NCBI RefSeq assembly: GCF_009834535.1
Contig: NC_045697.1
Coordinates: forward strand, 13,332,001-13,396,000
Source: Camelus ferus
Lineage: Eukaryota
Length of the DNA: 64,000 nt
Direction: 5' to 3'
Shown: piece after piece, positions 24,711 through 38,827 of the stretch
How positions within the stretch are numbered: position 1 is the stretch's first letter
Layout: each line of letters starts with the position of its first letter
Position numbers and translations under genes: made by a program
The notes under the pieces: model-generated
The model's database searches: none
What the model was told of the DNA's origin: nothing
The model's input: the letters and a program-made list of their open reading frames with translations, nothing else

Positions 24711-26189
24711 AAGTTAAGATGGTTGAGCATGGTAGACTTCATCTGAAAATCTCCAAAAACAATGTTGACAAGATAAAAATAATATTAAAAAAAAAATGTT
24801 TTCTGGAAGTGGGGAAGGGTAGTGTGGGCAGAAGCCAGGCAAACCAATGAGGAAGCTACTATAATTGACTCTTGTTCAGGAATAGGTTAATACAGGCCAG
24901 AAATATGGTGGAAGGAAGTGGAAGAAACAACTTTAAGAAGCAAGCCTTGTAGATTTGAGAATGAGACAAAAGAAGGTCAAAGTTACTCCTGAAGTTTCCA
25001 GACTGAGTGATAACGAAGGTGGAGGTGTCCTTTGTTTCATTCAAAAGATTGCTTCCATTTGTTGCTTCGGAGGGAGCAGTAATGAGCAGAAATCACTTCA
25101 AAAGGAGAGGACGAAAGCTGAGCTCAGAGGTCAGCTGCAAAGTAAACAGGTGGCTTCAACGCTGGTGGGAAAATATAAAGGCTACCCGCTAAAACCAATA
25201 GCCGTCTACTGTCAGGGAGAGCCAAGCTGAAGAGGAACCTTGTAGTGAGAGTGGGAGAGAAAGCAGGTATCCTCTTGGATAAAGTCCCATTAGGCACTGT
25301 TACACAATCAGTTACAACCAGTGGAAATGAGGCTAAGACAGCTTGGAGGTGGAACCCACGGAGGTTTCTAGTCACACCCACACTCTCACAGCCAGCTCAG
25401 CAAAAAGTATCATTTCTAAGCACAAAGTCCTTAGAATCATCCTTTTTTATGTTATAATATCTATAAATGTAAGTATTCATTTCTTTTTGTTTCAATGCCA
25501 ATTTTTTTTAAAGACCAACTTAGTCATGTATTCCTTATTATTACCTGGGTTCTGTTTCCATGTCATGGTACCAGGCCACTCCAGTTAACAAGAAGCTCAC
25601 CCAACTAGCCTTACCATTTGCACTGAACCAGTTCAACCCAGGAAATAATTTCTTTCATGGCTAGCAACTTTCTTAACTGGAAACTAAATTGGCTGTGGCG
25701 AAGAACCAGCTGTCTCCCATGGGCTCCTTCCAAGTGGAAGCTCTCTCTTACGCGTTAGGGTGTCAGCCTTGGCTAACAGTGTCCTGCGGGCCCCTCTCTT
25801 ACCTGCTTCCTTATCATGTCTTCTTCCCTCCTGGACTTGCTACAACAACAATCTCAGCTGAAGTGTTTCTTTATCAAGCCTGTGCCAGAGCTGGCCTAGA
25901 GCTGAGGCTGGACAGTCCCTAAATATCTGATAGGAAAACAGCCATAAGTGCTTCTTGGAGAGGCATACATTGATTTGTTCATTCATCCATCATTTGTTCA
26001 TTCATACATTCATTCATCCTCTAACTCATGCATCCCCCTCCTTTTTAAACAATATCTCCTGAGTATTATTTATGTCTCAACCATGGTGTTCACAATGTTT
26101 GACAGACATGAAGGATAATCAGGGGAGAGTAAGAGATAAAAAAATGTAGACAAGCATACCGGAAATAAAGTGGTAGTCAAGGTATGTGC

Positions 26190-26347
26190 TGTGACAGATA
26201 CCTAAATCAGTGTCACTTGTGATGCTTTTTAAAAATTCAGATTCCTGAGCTCAACCTCTGATTTAGAATCACTAGGATGAAAACCCAGAAACCTTCACTC
26301 ACAGCCAAATGATCTCGCCACACACTGAAATGTGTGAACCACTGCTG
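26190..26347. mobile_element. MER5-like hAT-Charlie fragment
   Basis: aaaaattcagattcctgagctc...agaatcactagg...cacactgaaatgtgtgaaccactg. Confidence 0.65.
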
Positions 26348-28259
26348 TAGAGAAAGGAGTGTTTATTTTGAATATTCCCTTGGAAAGCTCTAGTGTGATT
26401 AAAGATTATGCATACATGTACTTGTTTAAGTGTCTAAACCAGAGAAGAATCCTAAAGACCATGTGGCTTCACGGAAGTATAGAAAAGGAATGGGTCCTCT
26501 TATTTTAGATATGAGGTGAGGTGATATGTTTGATGTCATAGATCTCTGACTTCTCATAATTGTGTTTCCAAGTAAGAATGAGACCATGCCTGGGAAATTA
26601 TTTTATCATTGTATCTAGAGAATAACTACTAAACACAAAAGGGTGTATTTAACTGTTGATATATCCTTTGCATCTGGACATTAATTAAAGAAAACACTCA
26701 TAAATTATATAAATTCATATATTCAAATATCTTGGAATCTGTGTCTAAGGTTCCAAGGATATAAGTTTTATTTGGAAAATCTTTAAAAAAATGGAATTTT
26801 ACTTTTTTTAGGCATTGCACAAGTGGATGTCATTCTGGTGTTACCTCTTGAGGTGAACTCAGCTTAAACTTGGTGATTTATTAAAAACAAAAATCAAAAC
26901 CAGCACTGAATGGGGACTGGTCTAGATCCTGGTATTATGGTGATTGACTCATGGCCCAGGCTTCTGGAAGGAGACAGATGAACAGGCAAATAAAGTACAA
27001 TTGGTAAATACTATAACGGAAAGATACCATGGGAACTCATAACTGGGTGGGGCTAGCAAAGTAAGTCTTCTTGGAGAATGTGATGGCTCAGCTGAATTTT
27101 GAAGAACAAGTAGATGTTAACCAGGAGATCTGAGTGTACATGTAGGGTAGAGGAAGAGGGTATGTGTGTGTCTGATGTGGAGGAAGTGGTCAATATGGTG
27201 AGAAGTGGAATATTTTCTCTACATTCCACCTCTATTGTTCACCTCTCTCTAATGCAGCGCACCTATCCTCACATCAGTCTGATTCAAATTGTATGCTTGG
27301 CACCAAAACAAAACAACCACAAAACATGAGGTTGCCTGGGCTCCAAATACCCGCATTTTGAAATTTGCTACATTGGTGAGGTCTTCTGTCCTCAGTTCTA
27401 TATAATCCTCTAAACCTTGCCTAGATTCCCAGAACCTGTGTGTGCCTCCTGGGTGACTGATTTATTCATTTTGGGGTCCTCTCTGGCTTCTTGCCTACTT
27501 CTTTTTTGTTGTTGTTGTTTTATTCTTGGGTCCTGCCTGCAGTCGTGTCTAGTTTTTGCCTTCTGAAGTCTGCCTCACTTTGGTTGTTTACATTCTCAAC
27601 TCCTATCCTGTTGTGGAAGATGGTGTGACACCATCCAAATACTGGCTCTTCTTGAGTTAGCAACGTAGTTGCATATATATTTTTACCCCTCAGGCATGTT
27701 GTTGGATGAGTTCACTCATACTTGTTCTGCTTCAAGCCAGTCTGTACCAGGCTTCATCTGATTACTTCATTCTGTGAGTGAGCCAAATACATAATTGAGT
27801 AGGTGTAACCACTGAGTTGCTAAGACTCCAGGGATTGTCATGCCTTTGTTTGGGGAAATAAGAGAAATGCACTATTGAAATATAATGCACAGGATTAACA
27901 ACACATACAATGGGCCTTCAGATCTGCTTTTTCTTCTCTGAATCATAATCAAATGCATCAAAATGGCTGCCTCAGCTTTTCAAATGAGATTGGATATAAA
28001 GACAGTAAAACAATTAAGATATATTAATATCTAACTGAAGTTGTCAAATCATTGAACTATTGAGGAAAGCCTTCCTACCTGCTCCTTTGACTTAACTCAA
28101 AGATCCTGTGGCTGACCTAAAGTAAAATTCCTACTGTGCCAAGATGAATATTTATTGTTTTAAAAATGGAGGGCCCACCTCCCCCTCTTCTTCATCTGGT
28201 GAGTTCATGTTCCCCACTCCCATTCTCTGACTCTGGGTCTTGGACGGACTGACCCCATT

Positions 28260-28620
28260 CTTATTTTTAGTGATGTGCTCATATAAATATATGACCCCAT
28301 ATGGGCTGGTGAGAGTCAGACCTAGAACTTTTATTTGAATTTTCAAGGAAGAATTACTTTGTTACAGACTTGGAGCTGGGATTCAGTATGTTGCTGGAAG
28401 CCATTCTACTTGAAAATGCTTGGGGCCAATGAAGAGCAAAACAAAGAAGAGAGCCGAGAGATAGGGAGCCCTGATAATGTCTGAGCCTGTGAGTCTGGCT
28501 ATGTTTCCAAGTCAAAGCCACCCTAGATTCTTAAGGCATGTGAATCACTGGCTTTGTTTTATGCTTCTATTTTATTTGTTTGTTTGTTGTTTTCTGTTTA
28601 TTTTTTAGCCAGTTTCATTT
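28260..28620 (+). mobile_element. LTR16-like ERVL LTR remnant
   Basis: gctggaagccattct...ctgataatgtctgagcctgtgagtctggctatg...tagccagttt. Confidence 0.45.
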
Positions 28621-29375
28621 AGATCTTTAAAAAAAAAAAATGAACCTAAAAGAATCTTGCTTAATGTATTTGAGAAATCTACTCAAGGTTGTCTTTAACG
28701 TGGTAAGATTTCTTTCCTTGGTCTTAACCTCCACTCCTGTTTTCTTATTGTGATGTGCTTGTGATGCCCTGTTAGAGCATCTTGTTTGCTTTATAGCAGA
28801 GCCACATTTGCCTAAGCCTGCTCCAGTAACCTCTGTCACCTTGGTAGGTAAGAACTATGCATGTTCATTCACTTTCATACACAGCCACATACATGCATGA
28901 CTTGAGTAAAAGACACTCTTCCATGACAATAAATTAATTTATTGGGCCTCAACACTCAGAATTGAGTTTCAGTGTCTGATTTGATGAGAATCACTGCTGC
29001 TTAACTCTGTCATTTGTTGTTCATTTTATTTGCAGAAGGTCAGGACTATAATTTGAGGCTTTCTCCCTAAGCTCCATGATGGAGATGAATTTATCAAAGA
29101 GGCGGGGAGTTGTCCTGTCATTTTGATGAACACGACACCCAAGTCATCAGAAAGAAGAGTTATCGGGAGTCAAGATCAATTTTCAAGAACAGGGAAATAA
29201 AAGCAGAACTCAATTTGTGTCAAAATAAAGGACTTAGGAGTTCATTCAGATTGATAACTAATGATTAATAGAGATCTTATTTATGCGGAACTTTCTCTGG
29301 GCCAGTCACCTATATATATTAGCTACCTCCCAAAGTAACACTGTGAGGTAGTTATGATTAATCACATTTTGCATT

Positions 29376-29908
29376 TGTCAGTTAACTTTTTCTACATAAT
29401 AAGTCAACCCCAAGATTAATGGCTCAAAACAACAAGCATCTCTTATGTCTCAGAATTGTGTGGCCCAAAGAGTAGCTCTTTGGGGATGAGTTAATTCAGC
29501 TCATCTCTGCAGTCAGCTGACACCTGGCACTAGATGGTCTTCAATGACAAGTCCAGTCATTTGTGTAGGCTTTTGATCAGTGACTCTCAGCTCTCCTTCA
29601 TGTGACTGCTCTGAAAGGCTAGTTTGGGCTCATTCATGTTATGGTCTGAAGTTTTCAAACACAACATGAGAGGTGAAGCCCCAGTGAGCCAGGACTTTTC
29701 GAGTCTCTGCTTGTGTTAAAATTTCTAATGTCCTATTGGCCAAAGCAAGTCACACAGCCATGCCCAGATCTAAGAGGTAGAGAAACAGAGCTGTGTCATG
29801 ACTGGAGGAATAGCAAAGTTACATTTCAAAAGGGATATGCTTTGAGATGGGAGGAATTGCTGTGATGAGTTTTGGAAAAAAAAAATACTGAAAGAAAAAT
29901 CTACCAAA
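29376..29908 (-). mobile_element. MLT1H-like MaLR LTR inserted into a MIR
   Basis: ccccaagattaatggctcaaaacaacaagc...ttggccaaagcaagtcacacagccatgcccagat...aatctacca; antisense MIR at about 29270-29375. Confidence 0.8.
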
Positions 29909-30210
29909 GGAAGAAAAGTAATTCATCTAAAGGTGCAGAGTTCAGAGCAAGGCAAAAGAGTCTGACTTAAAAAACATGGTATTCTACAATCTGGGAGACT
30001 GACTCAAAAATGAAAACAGTTAAGGCAGAGTTTTAATTCATCTCACAGAGAAGATCCTTACGTATGTTTTCTTCCCAGCAGGCCTCCCTCTCTCACTGCA
30101 CCTGCGTTTATGACCGAATGAGAAGTTCTCTGTCTAGATCACTTAGCTGACATAGTCTTTCACTAATACATTATCTGCAGTGTTGTTTGATAGCAAAAGT
30201 TCCATGCAAG

Positions 30211-30270
30211 AGAGACCCAAACTCAAACACCTGAACGAGCCAGGCAGGTAACGTAAAGGTGTGAGCCTGA
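30211..30270 (+). mobile_element. MER102-like 5' fragment
   Basis: caaactcaaacacctgaacgagccaggcaggtaacgtaaa resembles the MER102 start. Confidence 0.55.
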
Positions 30271-30292
30271 TAAAAAACAAAACAAACAAAAA

Positions 30293-30568
30293 AAAACTTA
30301 TGGTTACAATGGTTACAGAGGGGGCAGAAGATGAGAAGGGATAAACTGGGAGTTTGAGATTTGCAGATACTAACTACTGTCTATAAAATAGATAAACACG
30401 TTTCTCCTATATAGCGCAGGGAACTATATTCAATATCTTGCAGTAACCTATAATGAAAAGGAATATGAAAAGGAATACATATATGTCCATATATGTATGA
30501 CTGAAACATGCTGTATGCCAGAAATTGACACAACACTGTAAACTGACTATATTTCAAAAATAAAAAAT
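30293..30568 (+). mobile_element. LINE-1 3' UTR fragment, camelid-like family
   Basis: aaacttatggttac...gggagtttgagatttgcagatac...ccagaaattgacacaacactgtaaactgactata, homologous to about 7000-7280. Confidence 0.9.
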
Positions 30569-31789
30569 AGGGGGAAGGTAAAGTCTGGACAATATGAATT
30601 TTTCTCACTCATCTGTAAGTATGCAAGTTAGGAAAAAAAATGGATACTGCTGCTTCTGCCACCCCCACCAAAAAAACAAAAAAACAAAAAACTCTGCCCT
30701 CAGGGCAGAGATAGCCAGGAACTACCGGCTTGTGAACTTTGCAATATAAATACCTCCCCATCTTTAGCTGGAATTCGCAACATTCCAAAAGTAACCATCT
30801 CCCCAGAGTGCTGGTCTTCTACAGCTGAGACAGAACCTCTCCACGAGTTCTAAAGGAACCCCAATGGGCTTTCAATAGGGATGAAGTCATCAGTGTGTCT
30901 ACCTCTCACAGGGCTGTGGTGTTTAGTGCATCTTGAGGAGGGACTGTCTGTCCAGGAGACGTGGCAAGTGTTCAGGCTGCAAGAGACATCATTCCGAGCC
31001 CTGGAGATGAGGGGTCAGATGTCCTGAACCCTGCCAGGTGGAGGAAATGCTCACAACAAAAGGAACTGGAGATTCAGTCTGTCAACAGTCAAAGGGCAAT
31101 GGAAAACTGTATTTTTTTTCTCTGAAGCTGTGAGAAAACCAGGCATTTAATACCACCGTTTTAACTTCAAACCAATCAAACATTGGCAGTTTGGAATTGT
31201 TTTATTTTGAGGCTTTAGCTTATCTCCATGGGATAAAAGCCTTTCCAAACTGGCTTTAACTAAAAATGTCATCAATCCCAGCTGCTCACTGGTTAGCAGA
31301 AACCGTGGTAACAGAAGGCCCCTTTTGATAGCCTTCTTCCATAATATCATCCAAATTTGCATGGCAAAGATGTGGGAGCTATTTATATGTTGATTATTAC
31401 AGTGCTGCAGTTTATATTTTTCCCAGCACAGTTGAAAATTATATTTAGAAAGCCTGACATCATCTTTAAATATATATTATAGCTCTCATTTGGTAGAGAT
31501 GAGCTGTTGAAATGCACGCCACCTACTCAACTTCTCAGAAAAATGGTATAGATGTTTCACACATGGTTAAATATAAATGTGTGCTCTGGCATACACTGCA
31601 CTGGGACCTGCAGGACTTAGAGGGAATTTTGTGGGCTCTGGTTTTGCCTTCTCAGTTTGCTCTCTATTTAAAAAGAAAGACTGTCAATGTGATTTAGTTG
31701 TAAGAACACGGGTTTTGTAGCCAGAAATTTCTGAATTCTGAATTCTAGCTCTGCTGCCTAGGAGCTGTGAGATCTTGGAAAATGGGAGC

Positions 31790-32083
31790 ATTGGTGATCA
31801 TTCCTACTGTTGGACTCAAACTGAAACATGAGCTTTTCCTGGGTCTCAAGCCCGCTGACCTTTGAATGGGAACTACACCATCCGCTCTCTGGTCCTCAGG
31901 CCTTCAAACTCCAACTGGCACTAAACCCCTGGCTCCTGGGTCTCCAGCTTTCTGACTCACCATGCTGATCTTGGTATGTATCAGCCTCCATAATCACGTG
32001 GCCAGATATCTTATAATAAATCTCTATCTCCATCTACACATCCTCTATCAATTCTGTTTCTCCAGAGGACCCTTGCTAATACA
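31790..32083 (+). mobile_element. MLT2-like ERVL LTR, 3' part
   Basis: ctcctgggtctccagctt...cagcctccataatcacgtg...aataaatctct...ttctgtttctccagaggacccttgctaataca. Confidence 0.85.
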
Positions 32084-33891
32084 TAGATTATCCGGTTTTG
32101 TGTTAAGCTGCCAAGAATCATTTGCTGGGGTAGACGATATTCTATTAGCCCTATTCTACTTACCCTAGTCAGTGGTGGAGGAGACTAAGACCTCCAGAAA
32201 TAAATGAATGTGTTTTAAGGTCAGAGATAATACATGGTGGAAGCAGGATTTGAAACTTGGAAATAAAGTACTTTATTTTACCCATTTAACTACTATCTTA
32301 TACTGTAAATAAAAGTTAGTTGCTGTTCCAGCCCTAAGAAGTTTATGGAAACCTGATGCTCACAGTGAAAGAGAATCAAGGAGACTGTAACACACCAGCA
32401 TACCCCAGGGAGACGTGTGAGGACCGTCCCACTGCGTCGCGACAGGGACAGAGAAAGCTGTGGGACCTGTAGGCATACTTCTGTGGAGTGCAGTTGGGAC
32501 TGGGAAATGCTGTGGTTTCCCCAGACTATCAACCCCCACCCGTCATCTAAATTGGATCCGGTATCTGACTGCTGATACCAATTAGACTTGTATTTGCAAT
32601 TCTGCGGCATATCCAAGTGACCGTGGCCCTAGAGGGGTATCTATGACTGGAATGGCATCTAAAATGTTTCAATTTTATAGGAAAGCAAAGTTAGAGCAGT
32701 ATTTCCCTTATTAGCTTTTAAATGTCAGAGTCCAAAATTTCAGCAAAGGAGCTTCATGGCTTAGAGTGATTAAAATTTCACGTTGTTTAATATAATAGGC
32801 CAACTTTCACACTTCAGATGAGAAGAGCCAGATATTCAAGATAAGTGTACTTTTTTGAAGGATCAAATGACCACCATATTTAATACCTTGAGGCCTCCAC
32901 GTGACACTTAGATATTGTATTTTGCCGAATTTAACTATTATGAAGAATTATTTGAAAATCATTTCCCTACGAATGGAAATAAAAATACAGCTGCAAGTGC
33001 TAAAAGTAGTGAGATGACATTTTATTTTTTATAAGCTAGTTGGCAAAAATTCAACTTTTATAAGCACATATGCCTGTCTCAAGCTTGTAAGGAGTCAGTT
33101 TTATGTTTCATACCATTCTTTCTTCTTGCCTATTAAGCAAGTCTCAGTTTGAGCCAAGATCAGTTTTTATATGAAGCTCAAAGGTAAGTCATTTTATATA
33201 ATATTTGCATAGGCATAATTGTTTCCACACACTCCATCCCTACTACCCCCCTGGATTGCACAGTACAGTAAAACGAATTGGTTTGAAACCCCACTCTCAA
33301 CGTGTCACACCCTTGTTCAAGAAAAAAGTTCTGTTTCATTAAGTGAAAATGCTGTATGCTGACACTCCTGGTTCTCAGTAACCTGAGCCCACTTTCCCTG
33401 ATAGTTATAATGAGAATAATATATTTTTAAATTAATTTTTTTCTTTTTATCTTTCTCTTTGACTTTCCAAAAGCAAAACACCTCAATTAGCAACACTGTC
33501 CTGCCCTCTCTGGTTCAGAAACAATTGAGAATTGAGATATGGAAGCCATGCAGAATCTGATCAAAGTGTCAATTTTATTATGAAAAAAGTAGACATGGAG
33601 AAAAACATGGCTCATAACTACTGTCATGTACAAGGTTTCTCTCTCCCTTACTCTAACTTAAGCCCTATAACTGTAGATACTCCCTTCAGGGGGCAGACCC
33701 AACCCTGGTTAGCTCATCACACCTATGAGAGAAGACCAGAATTTATCTTCTCAGCAGAAAGCTGGCCCAAACGAGTGAGGATGAGCTAAGTCAGGCTTAC
33801 CTACTTCCCTCCTTCATGCTCACCAATGCAGGAAATATACATACAGTAGGCATGGGTAGAAAGAAAATGGATGTGTTTCTCATACTATCGC

Positions 33892-35300
33892 TGTATTAGC
33901 TTTCTATTGCTGAATGAAAAAAGAAATTACCACAAACTTTGAGGATTTAAACAATACTTGTTTATTAACTAAAAATTATCTGTGTCAGTCCTCAAGCTGA
34001 AATCAAGGTGTTGAACAGACTGAATTCTTATCTGGAGACTCTAGGGAAAAATACACTTCCAAGCTCATTCTTCTCATTGGAAGAATTCACTTCCTTGTGG
34101 TTGTAGGACTGAGGTCTTGGTTTTCTGGCTGGCCGTCAGTCAGTGGCTACACTTCATACCTAGAGGTTATCTTCATTCCTTGCCACGTCACCACTACACT
34201 CTCAAGTCAGCAACAATACATCAAATATGTCTTGTGCTTTGAATCTCTAATTTATCTGTCTCTGACCTTTAGGTCCATATTTTAAATAAGCTTTTTATTA
34301 AAAAACAGTTTTAGATTTATAAAATTATTGTGAAGATAGTTCAAAGAATTCTAATATACCTCACACTCAGGTTTCCCAGTTAGTAATATCATTCATTAAT
34401 ATGTTATATTTGTCATTAATAAGGTTGATATCTTGTTATTAACCATATTTAATCAGATTTCTTCTGTTTTCCTCTAATGTCCTTTTTATGTTCCAGAATC
34501 CCATCTGGTAACCCCCATCGCATTCAGTCTTCTAAGTTTCCTCTTGGCTGTAAAAGCTTCTCAGATTTCCATGTTCATGATGACCTTGACAATTTGGAGG
34601 ATTACGAGTCAGGAATGTTGTATAATGTCCCTAATAGGAATTGGACTAATGCTTTTCTCATGATTAGATTGGGATCATGCATTTATAAGGAGAGGACCAC
34701 AGAGGTAAAGTGCTATTCTCATTACATTATTTCAAGGGCACATGCTAGCAACATGACTTACAATTATTGATGTTAACTTTGTTCACCTTGCTTGAGGTAG
34801 TTAATGTAGCAAAGTTATTATGGTCTTCTCCTCTTTCCAGACTTAACTCTTTGGAATTAAGTCACAATGTGCAGTGTACACTTACGGGTGAAGAGTCATA
34901 CTCTACCTCCTTAAATGTAGAGTATTGACATCCATTATTTGGAAATCTTACACACAGGGTATTTAGCTCTTCTCCCACATTTACATATTTGCTCAGACAT
35001 TTATTTATAACAATATGAACTCATGGATGTTTATTTAACACTTTGGGTTATAATCCAGTGTTTATTTACTTATATACTAAAATTGTTTCAACTTCAGCCA
35101 TTGGGCATTCCTTCAGTTGGCTCATGCATTCCTTTGACATTCATCCAGAATATCTTCCTTTCTTATAGTCATCCCTGCCATATTATAACCTAATCACGAG
35201 AGTGAATTCCATCATATTCTGGTCTCAGAAACTGCACAAAGTATGTACACCACAGAGCAAGAAATCTTGGAACTACCTTACAGTTTTGCCTACCACACTC
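33892..35300 (-). mobile_element. MLT1E-like MaLR LTR interrupted by an old L1
   Basis: tgtattagctttctattgctg...aattaccacaaac... to about 34285; resumes about 35150 and ends ttttgcctaccaca. Confidence 0.75.
34288..35140 (-). mobile_element. L1MC/L1MB-type 3' end
   Basis: ttttagatttataaaattattgtgaagatagt...tgcttttctcatgattagattggg...accacagaggtaaagtgc. Confidence 0.8.
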
Positions 35301-35749
35301 TCCATCCTAAGAAGCGAAGCAGAAAATTATTAAACCCCATAAAACATGATAAGTGGGAAATAACTCTCCTCTATCTCAATATTACGTACACATATTATGG
35401 AGGAAAGATGATTTTCCTGTGTTTCTGGGCATACAATCTTACTAAACTTACTTGTCTGTCCTTTTCTCTTCCTTGTCACCCCACGTTAAGACTGTCAGAA
35501 ATACTTATTGGGTCTGTGTTCAAATATCTCAAATATTCCCCCAAATCCATGGTCTAAGTTATCATCTTTTTTTACCTAATAGAGGACTGTAGCCTCCTCA
35601 CTGGCCTCTCTAGCACAGTTGCATGAACTGGGATTTAAACAATGAAACAAATTAAATCAGACCTTTACTCTGCTCAAAAACCTCCAATATCTTCCTAAAG
35701 CTATTAAAATAAATTCCAAAATCTTTATCATAGTCTTCAAGGACCCAAA

Positions 35750-36040
35750 TCAGCACTTTGAACACTAACACTGAGGAAGGACCAATTATCTGCCCCAACT
35801 CTTCAGATCAATATCAATACATATCTCCTCCAACATGGGGCTGACCATGTAAATTCAACAACACCTGTTTTTGAACATATTCTATTCAATGAGATGAGTC
35901 CACTAATCACTGCTTAAGTGTTGTGCAATGTCAAGTTGCTATAAAATGTCTCTAAATACTCGTTTTCGATTTTATACTCATGGAGGACTGGTAGTTCAGA
36001 GATGGGACTGGTCAGTGTGCTACACTTTGATTAGCACTGT
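35750..36040. mobile_element. hAT-Charlie MER fragment
   Basis: Ends cacactttgattagcactg-like (tacactttgattagcactg), the reverse complement of a CAGTGCTACTCAAAGTG-type terminal repeat. Confidence 0.5.
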
Positions 36041-36139
36041 GCTCTCATAATCTGATCCCTGGCCATCTCCTTCCCTTTGCTCTCCCCTTTGCTGCCTTCT
36101 TTCCAGCACATCTCACTTTGTGTTCTTTCTATAACACAC

Positions 36140-36722
36140 TGCACTGGTTTTCTATTATTATGTAATAGAGTACCACTATTTTAGCAGCTTAAAACCACAC
36201 ATATTTATTATCTCATCGTTTCCATGAGTCAGGAGTCAAGGCATGGCTTATCTAGAGCCTCTGCTTAGGATTTCATAAGGCTGTAACCAGGTTCTCATCT
36301 AGCCTTCGGAGTCTTCATCCAAAATCATGTGGTTATTGGCAGAAGTCAGCTCTGTGAGATGGCAGAACTGAGACCAGCAATTTCCAAAGGTACTCCATAG
36401 TTCTCAACTAAATGGCCCTCTCTGTATGCAGCTACGACACACAAGTTTTTTTCCTACAAAGCCAACAAGGGGGATTCTCTCACTCCAGCCTGCTAAAATG
36501 GAGTCATACAACATTATAGAAACATGGGAGTGACATCCTATCACCATTGTCATAATAAGTAACAAACAGGGAAGTAATATCCATCACCTTTGCCATGCTC
36601 ATTCATTGGAAGCTAGCCATAGGTCTCACATACACTCGGCAGGAGGGGATGACACAAAACCATGGACAGGAGGGAGTGGGAAGTCATAGGCTGAGAGTCA
36701 CTTTAGGGTCTGTCTGACACAC
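36140..36722 (-). mobile_element. MLT1E/F-like MaLR LTR inserted into L2
   Basis: gcagcttaaaaccacacatatttattatctcatcgtttccatgagtcaggagtc...cacctttgccatgctcattcattggaagc...tctgtctgacaca. Confidence 0.8.
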
Positions 36723-36724
36723 AC

Positions 36725-37035
36725 CAAGCTTACCTAGAGCTTTGTACTTGCTTTTTCTCTTCCTACAGACTCACCTCCTCATTTCTTTCAGGTCACTGCT
36801 CTGGTCTCTTAATTTCAAAGAGTCCTTCCCAAGACCTGCCTCCTAAAACAGCCACCCCGTTACAGTCATTCCTAGTACCTTATTCTGTTTTTCTTCACAG
36901 CATGGATCATTCTCTGACATTAAATGATTATTTGTTCAAAATCTGTCTTTCTCATTAGAATGTAGGCCATTTTCCAAGCTGTAAGAAATGAACCTGTCAT
37001 GTAGTTCATGCTCAAAACTGTTTGTTGAATGAATC
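36725..37035 (+). mobile_element. L2 3' end
   Basis: ctttgtacttgc...cattagaatgtagg...tttgttgaatgaat. Confidence 0.7.
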
Positions 37036-37329
37036 AGTAAAAACTTTAAGTGTGCAGCAATGGTCACCAGAGTCTTTCTAATTTGATCCACACATTTTAC
37101 ACTAGGTTATAATTACGGCAATTTGCTATTAATGTTTAATCTTGGCTCTGTTGCAAGCCTGCAAATGGAAACAGAATGATAGAATAGAAATAGCACAGAG
37201 TCTGAAACAGCACGGACTGAGATCAAATTCAAATTGCTATTCACTATTTTGGTGATCTAGGGGGTTAATTTCTCTGAATTTCAATTATAATACTGGAGAA
37301 AAAAGTGCATGGTTTCCATCAAGTAGATT

Positions 37330-37540
37330 TGGTTTAGATCTTGGATCCACTACTTGCTAGTATGGCTTTAAACTAGTGTCTCAGGCTTCTGGAGGTTCAG
37401 TGACTTCATCTGTAAAATTGGAATAATACTAATAATTTTCCCCACATAGGATGGCTGTGAGGTTAAATGGTCAAATTCATGAAAAGCACCTAGCTTGGTG
37501 ATGGGCACACTGTTTGCACTCAGTACAAGTTAGCTTTGAT
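37330..37540 (+). mobile_element. MIR
   Basis: cttcatctgtaaaattggaataat...ggctgtgaggttaaatgg...aaagcacctagc. Confidence 0.8.
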
Positions 37541-37854
37541 TAATATTAATACTTATATGTGTATCAATATAATAAAATTATTATGTCATCAATATCAGTA
37601 TAAATTCTATGGCACAAAGTATGTTATTAAATGATATCCATTATCTTTCTATATTTTTCATTAGGACTTAGCATAGAGCTAGATATAACAATAACAATAG
37701 TGGTGACTGTCTTCTATGGAAAAATTTGATTACAGGTCCTAAACAACTCTTCATAACAGGTGATTAAGAAGCAGCTGTCGACATTCCACACATAGCTGAC
37801 TATTCTGACTCATGCTGAGGGAAAAAATACATAAATTACTATCTATGAGTAACT

Positions 37855-38017
37855 GTGGGGAGTTGCTGTTCACTGGATAAAGAGTGCAGTTATGCAAGAT
37901 GAAAAAGTTCTACATATCTTCTGTACATTATGCTTATAGTTAACAACACTGTACAGCAACTTAAACATTTGTTGAGGGTAGATCTCATATGTGTTTTTTA
38001 CCACACACACAAAAAAA
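37855..38017 (+). mobile_element. L1MA/L1MB-type extreme 3' end
   Basis: cagttatgcaagatgaaaaagttct...gttaacaacactgtac...gagggtagatctcat...aaaaaaa. Confidence 0.8.
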
Positions 38018-38827
38018 CCTGAACATAATATTTTCATTATTTTTTTAAGATTTTGCTCATGGCATCTCACGAGTGATGTATTTCTATGTAAGGATAGGTT
38101 GAACAACAGATCAAAAGAGGATTTTTTTTATTATTAAGCTATATGAAACAGTCATAAAATTATGATTAAAAAGAAATATTTTCCTTTCCTTAGCATCTAA
38201 TCATATAGAGTCCATGAAATTTCCCATTACAACCTAAAATACTAATTAAGTAAAATTCTAATATGCTGAAAAAGAAGAAATGCAAAAAAAAAAGTTCTAA
38301 ATATAACTTACTGCAGTTATGAATCTAAAAACATATATATCTTTTACATATTGCAAAATAAAATTAAATGGGAATGAAAAACAAAGCAAACTGTAAAAAT
38401 TGAAATAGAACTCTAACATAAATATGATGACTTAATCACCCAGAGGAAATAATTATTTGAAGTATTTTTATAATATGCCAATTTTATTATTTATCTTGAA
38501 TGGAATATAATCTAAGAATAAGTAAGACAATCAAGTAATCCCAAATAACATTCAACAGTCAATAGTCTCTTTTAATATTGCTACTACTATATTGAGGTCA
38601 TAGGTGTATATATGTGGGTATACTCATTACAAAAATTTAAGTAAGTTATTCTGTTAATAGACTAGTTGGTATTCTCAGTGCACAATAAAAGATATAGAAA
38701 TATAGACTCACATACTATAAATATCAGTATGTTATGTTAAACCTGAATTTGAAAATCTCAATTGAACATAGAGTAATTTATATATTTATTTAGTTAGTTA
38801 GCTAGTTAATGAGTTATTTTGGCTCTC

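Noticed and set aside
29020..29200. Plus-strand acceptor ttttatttgcag as a coding exon start
   Set aside because: Stops in all three frames shortly after, and no good donor
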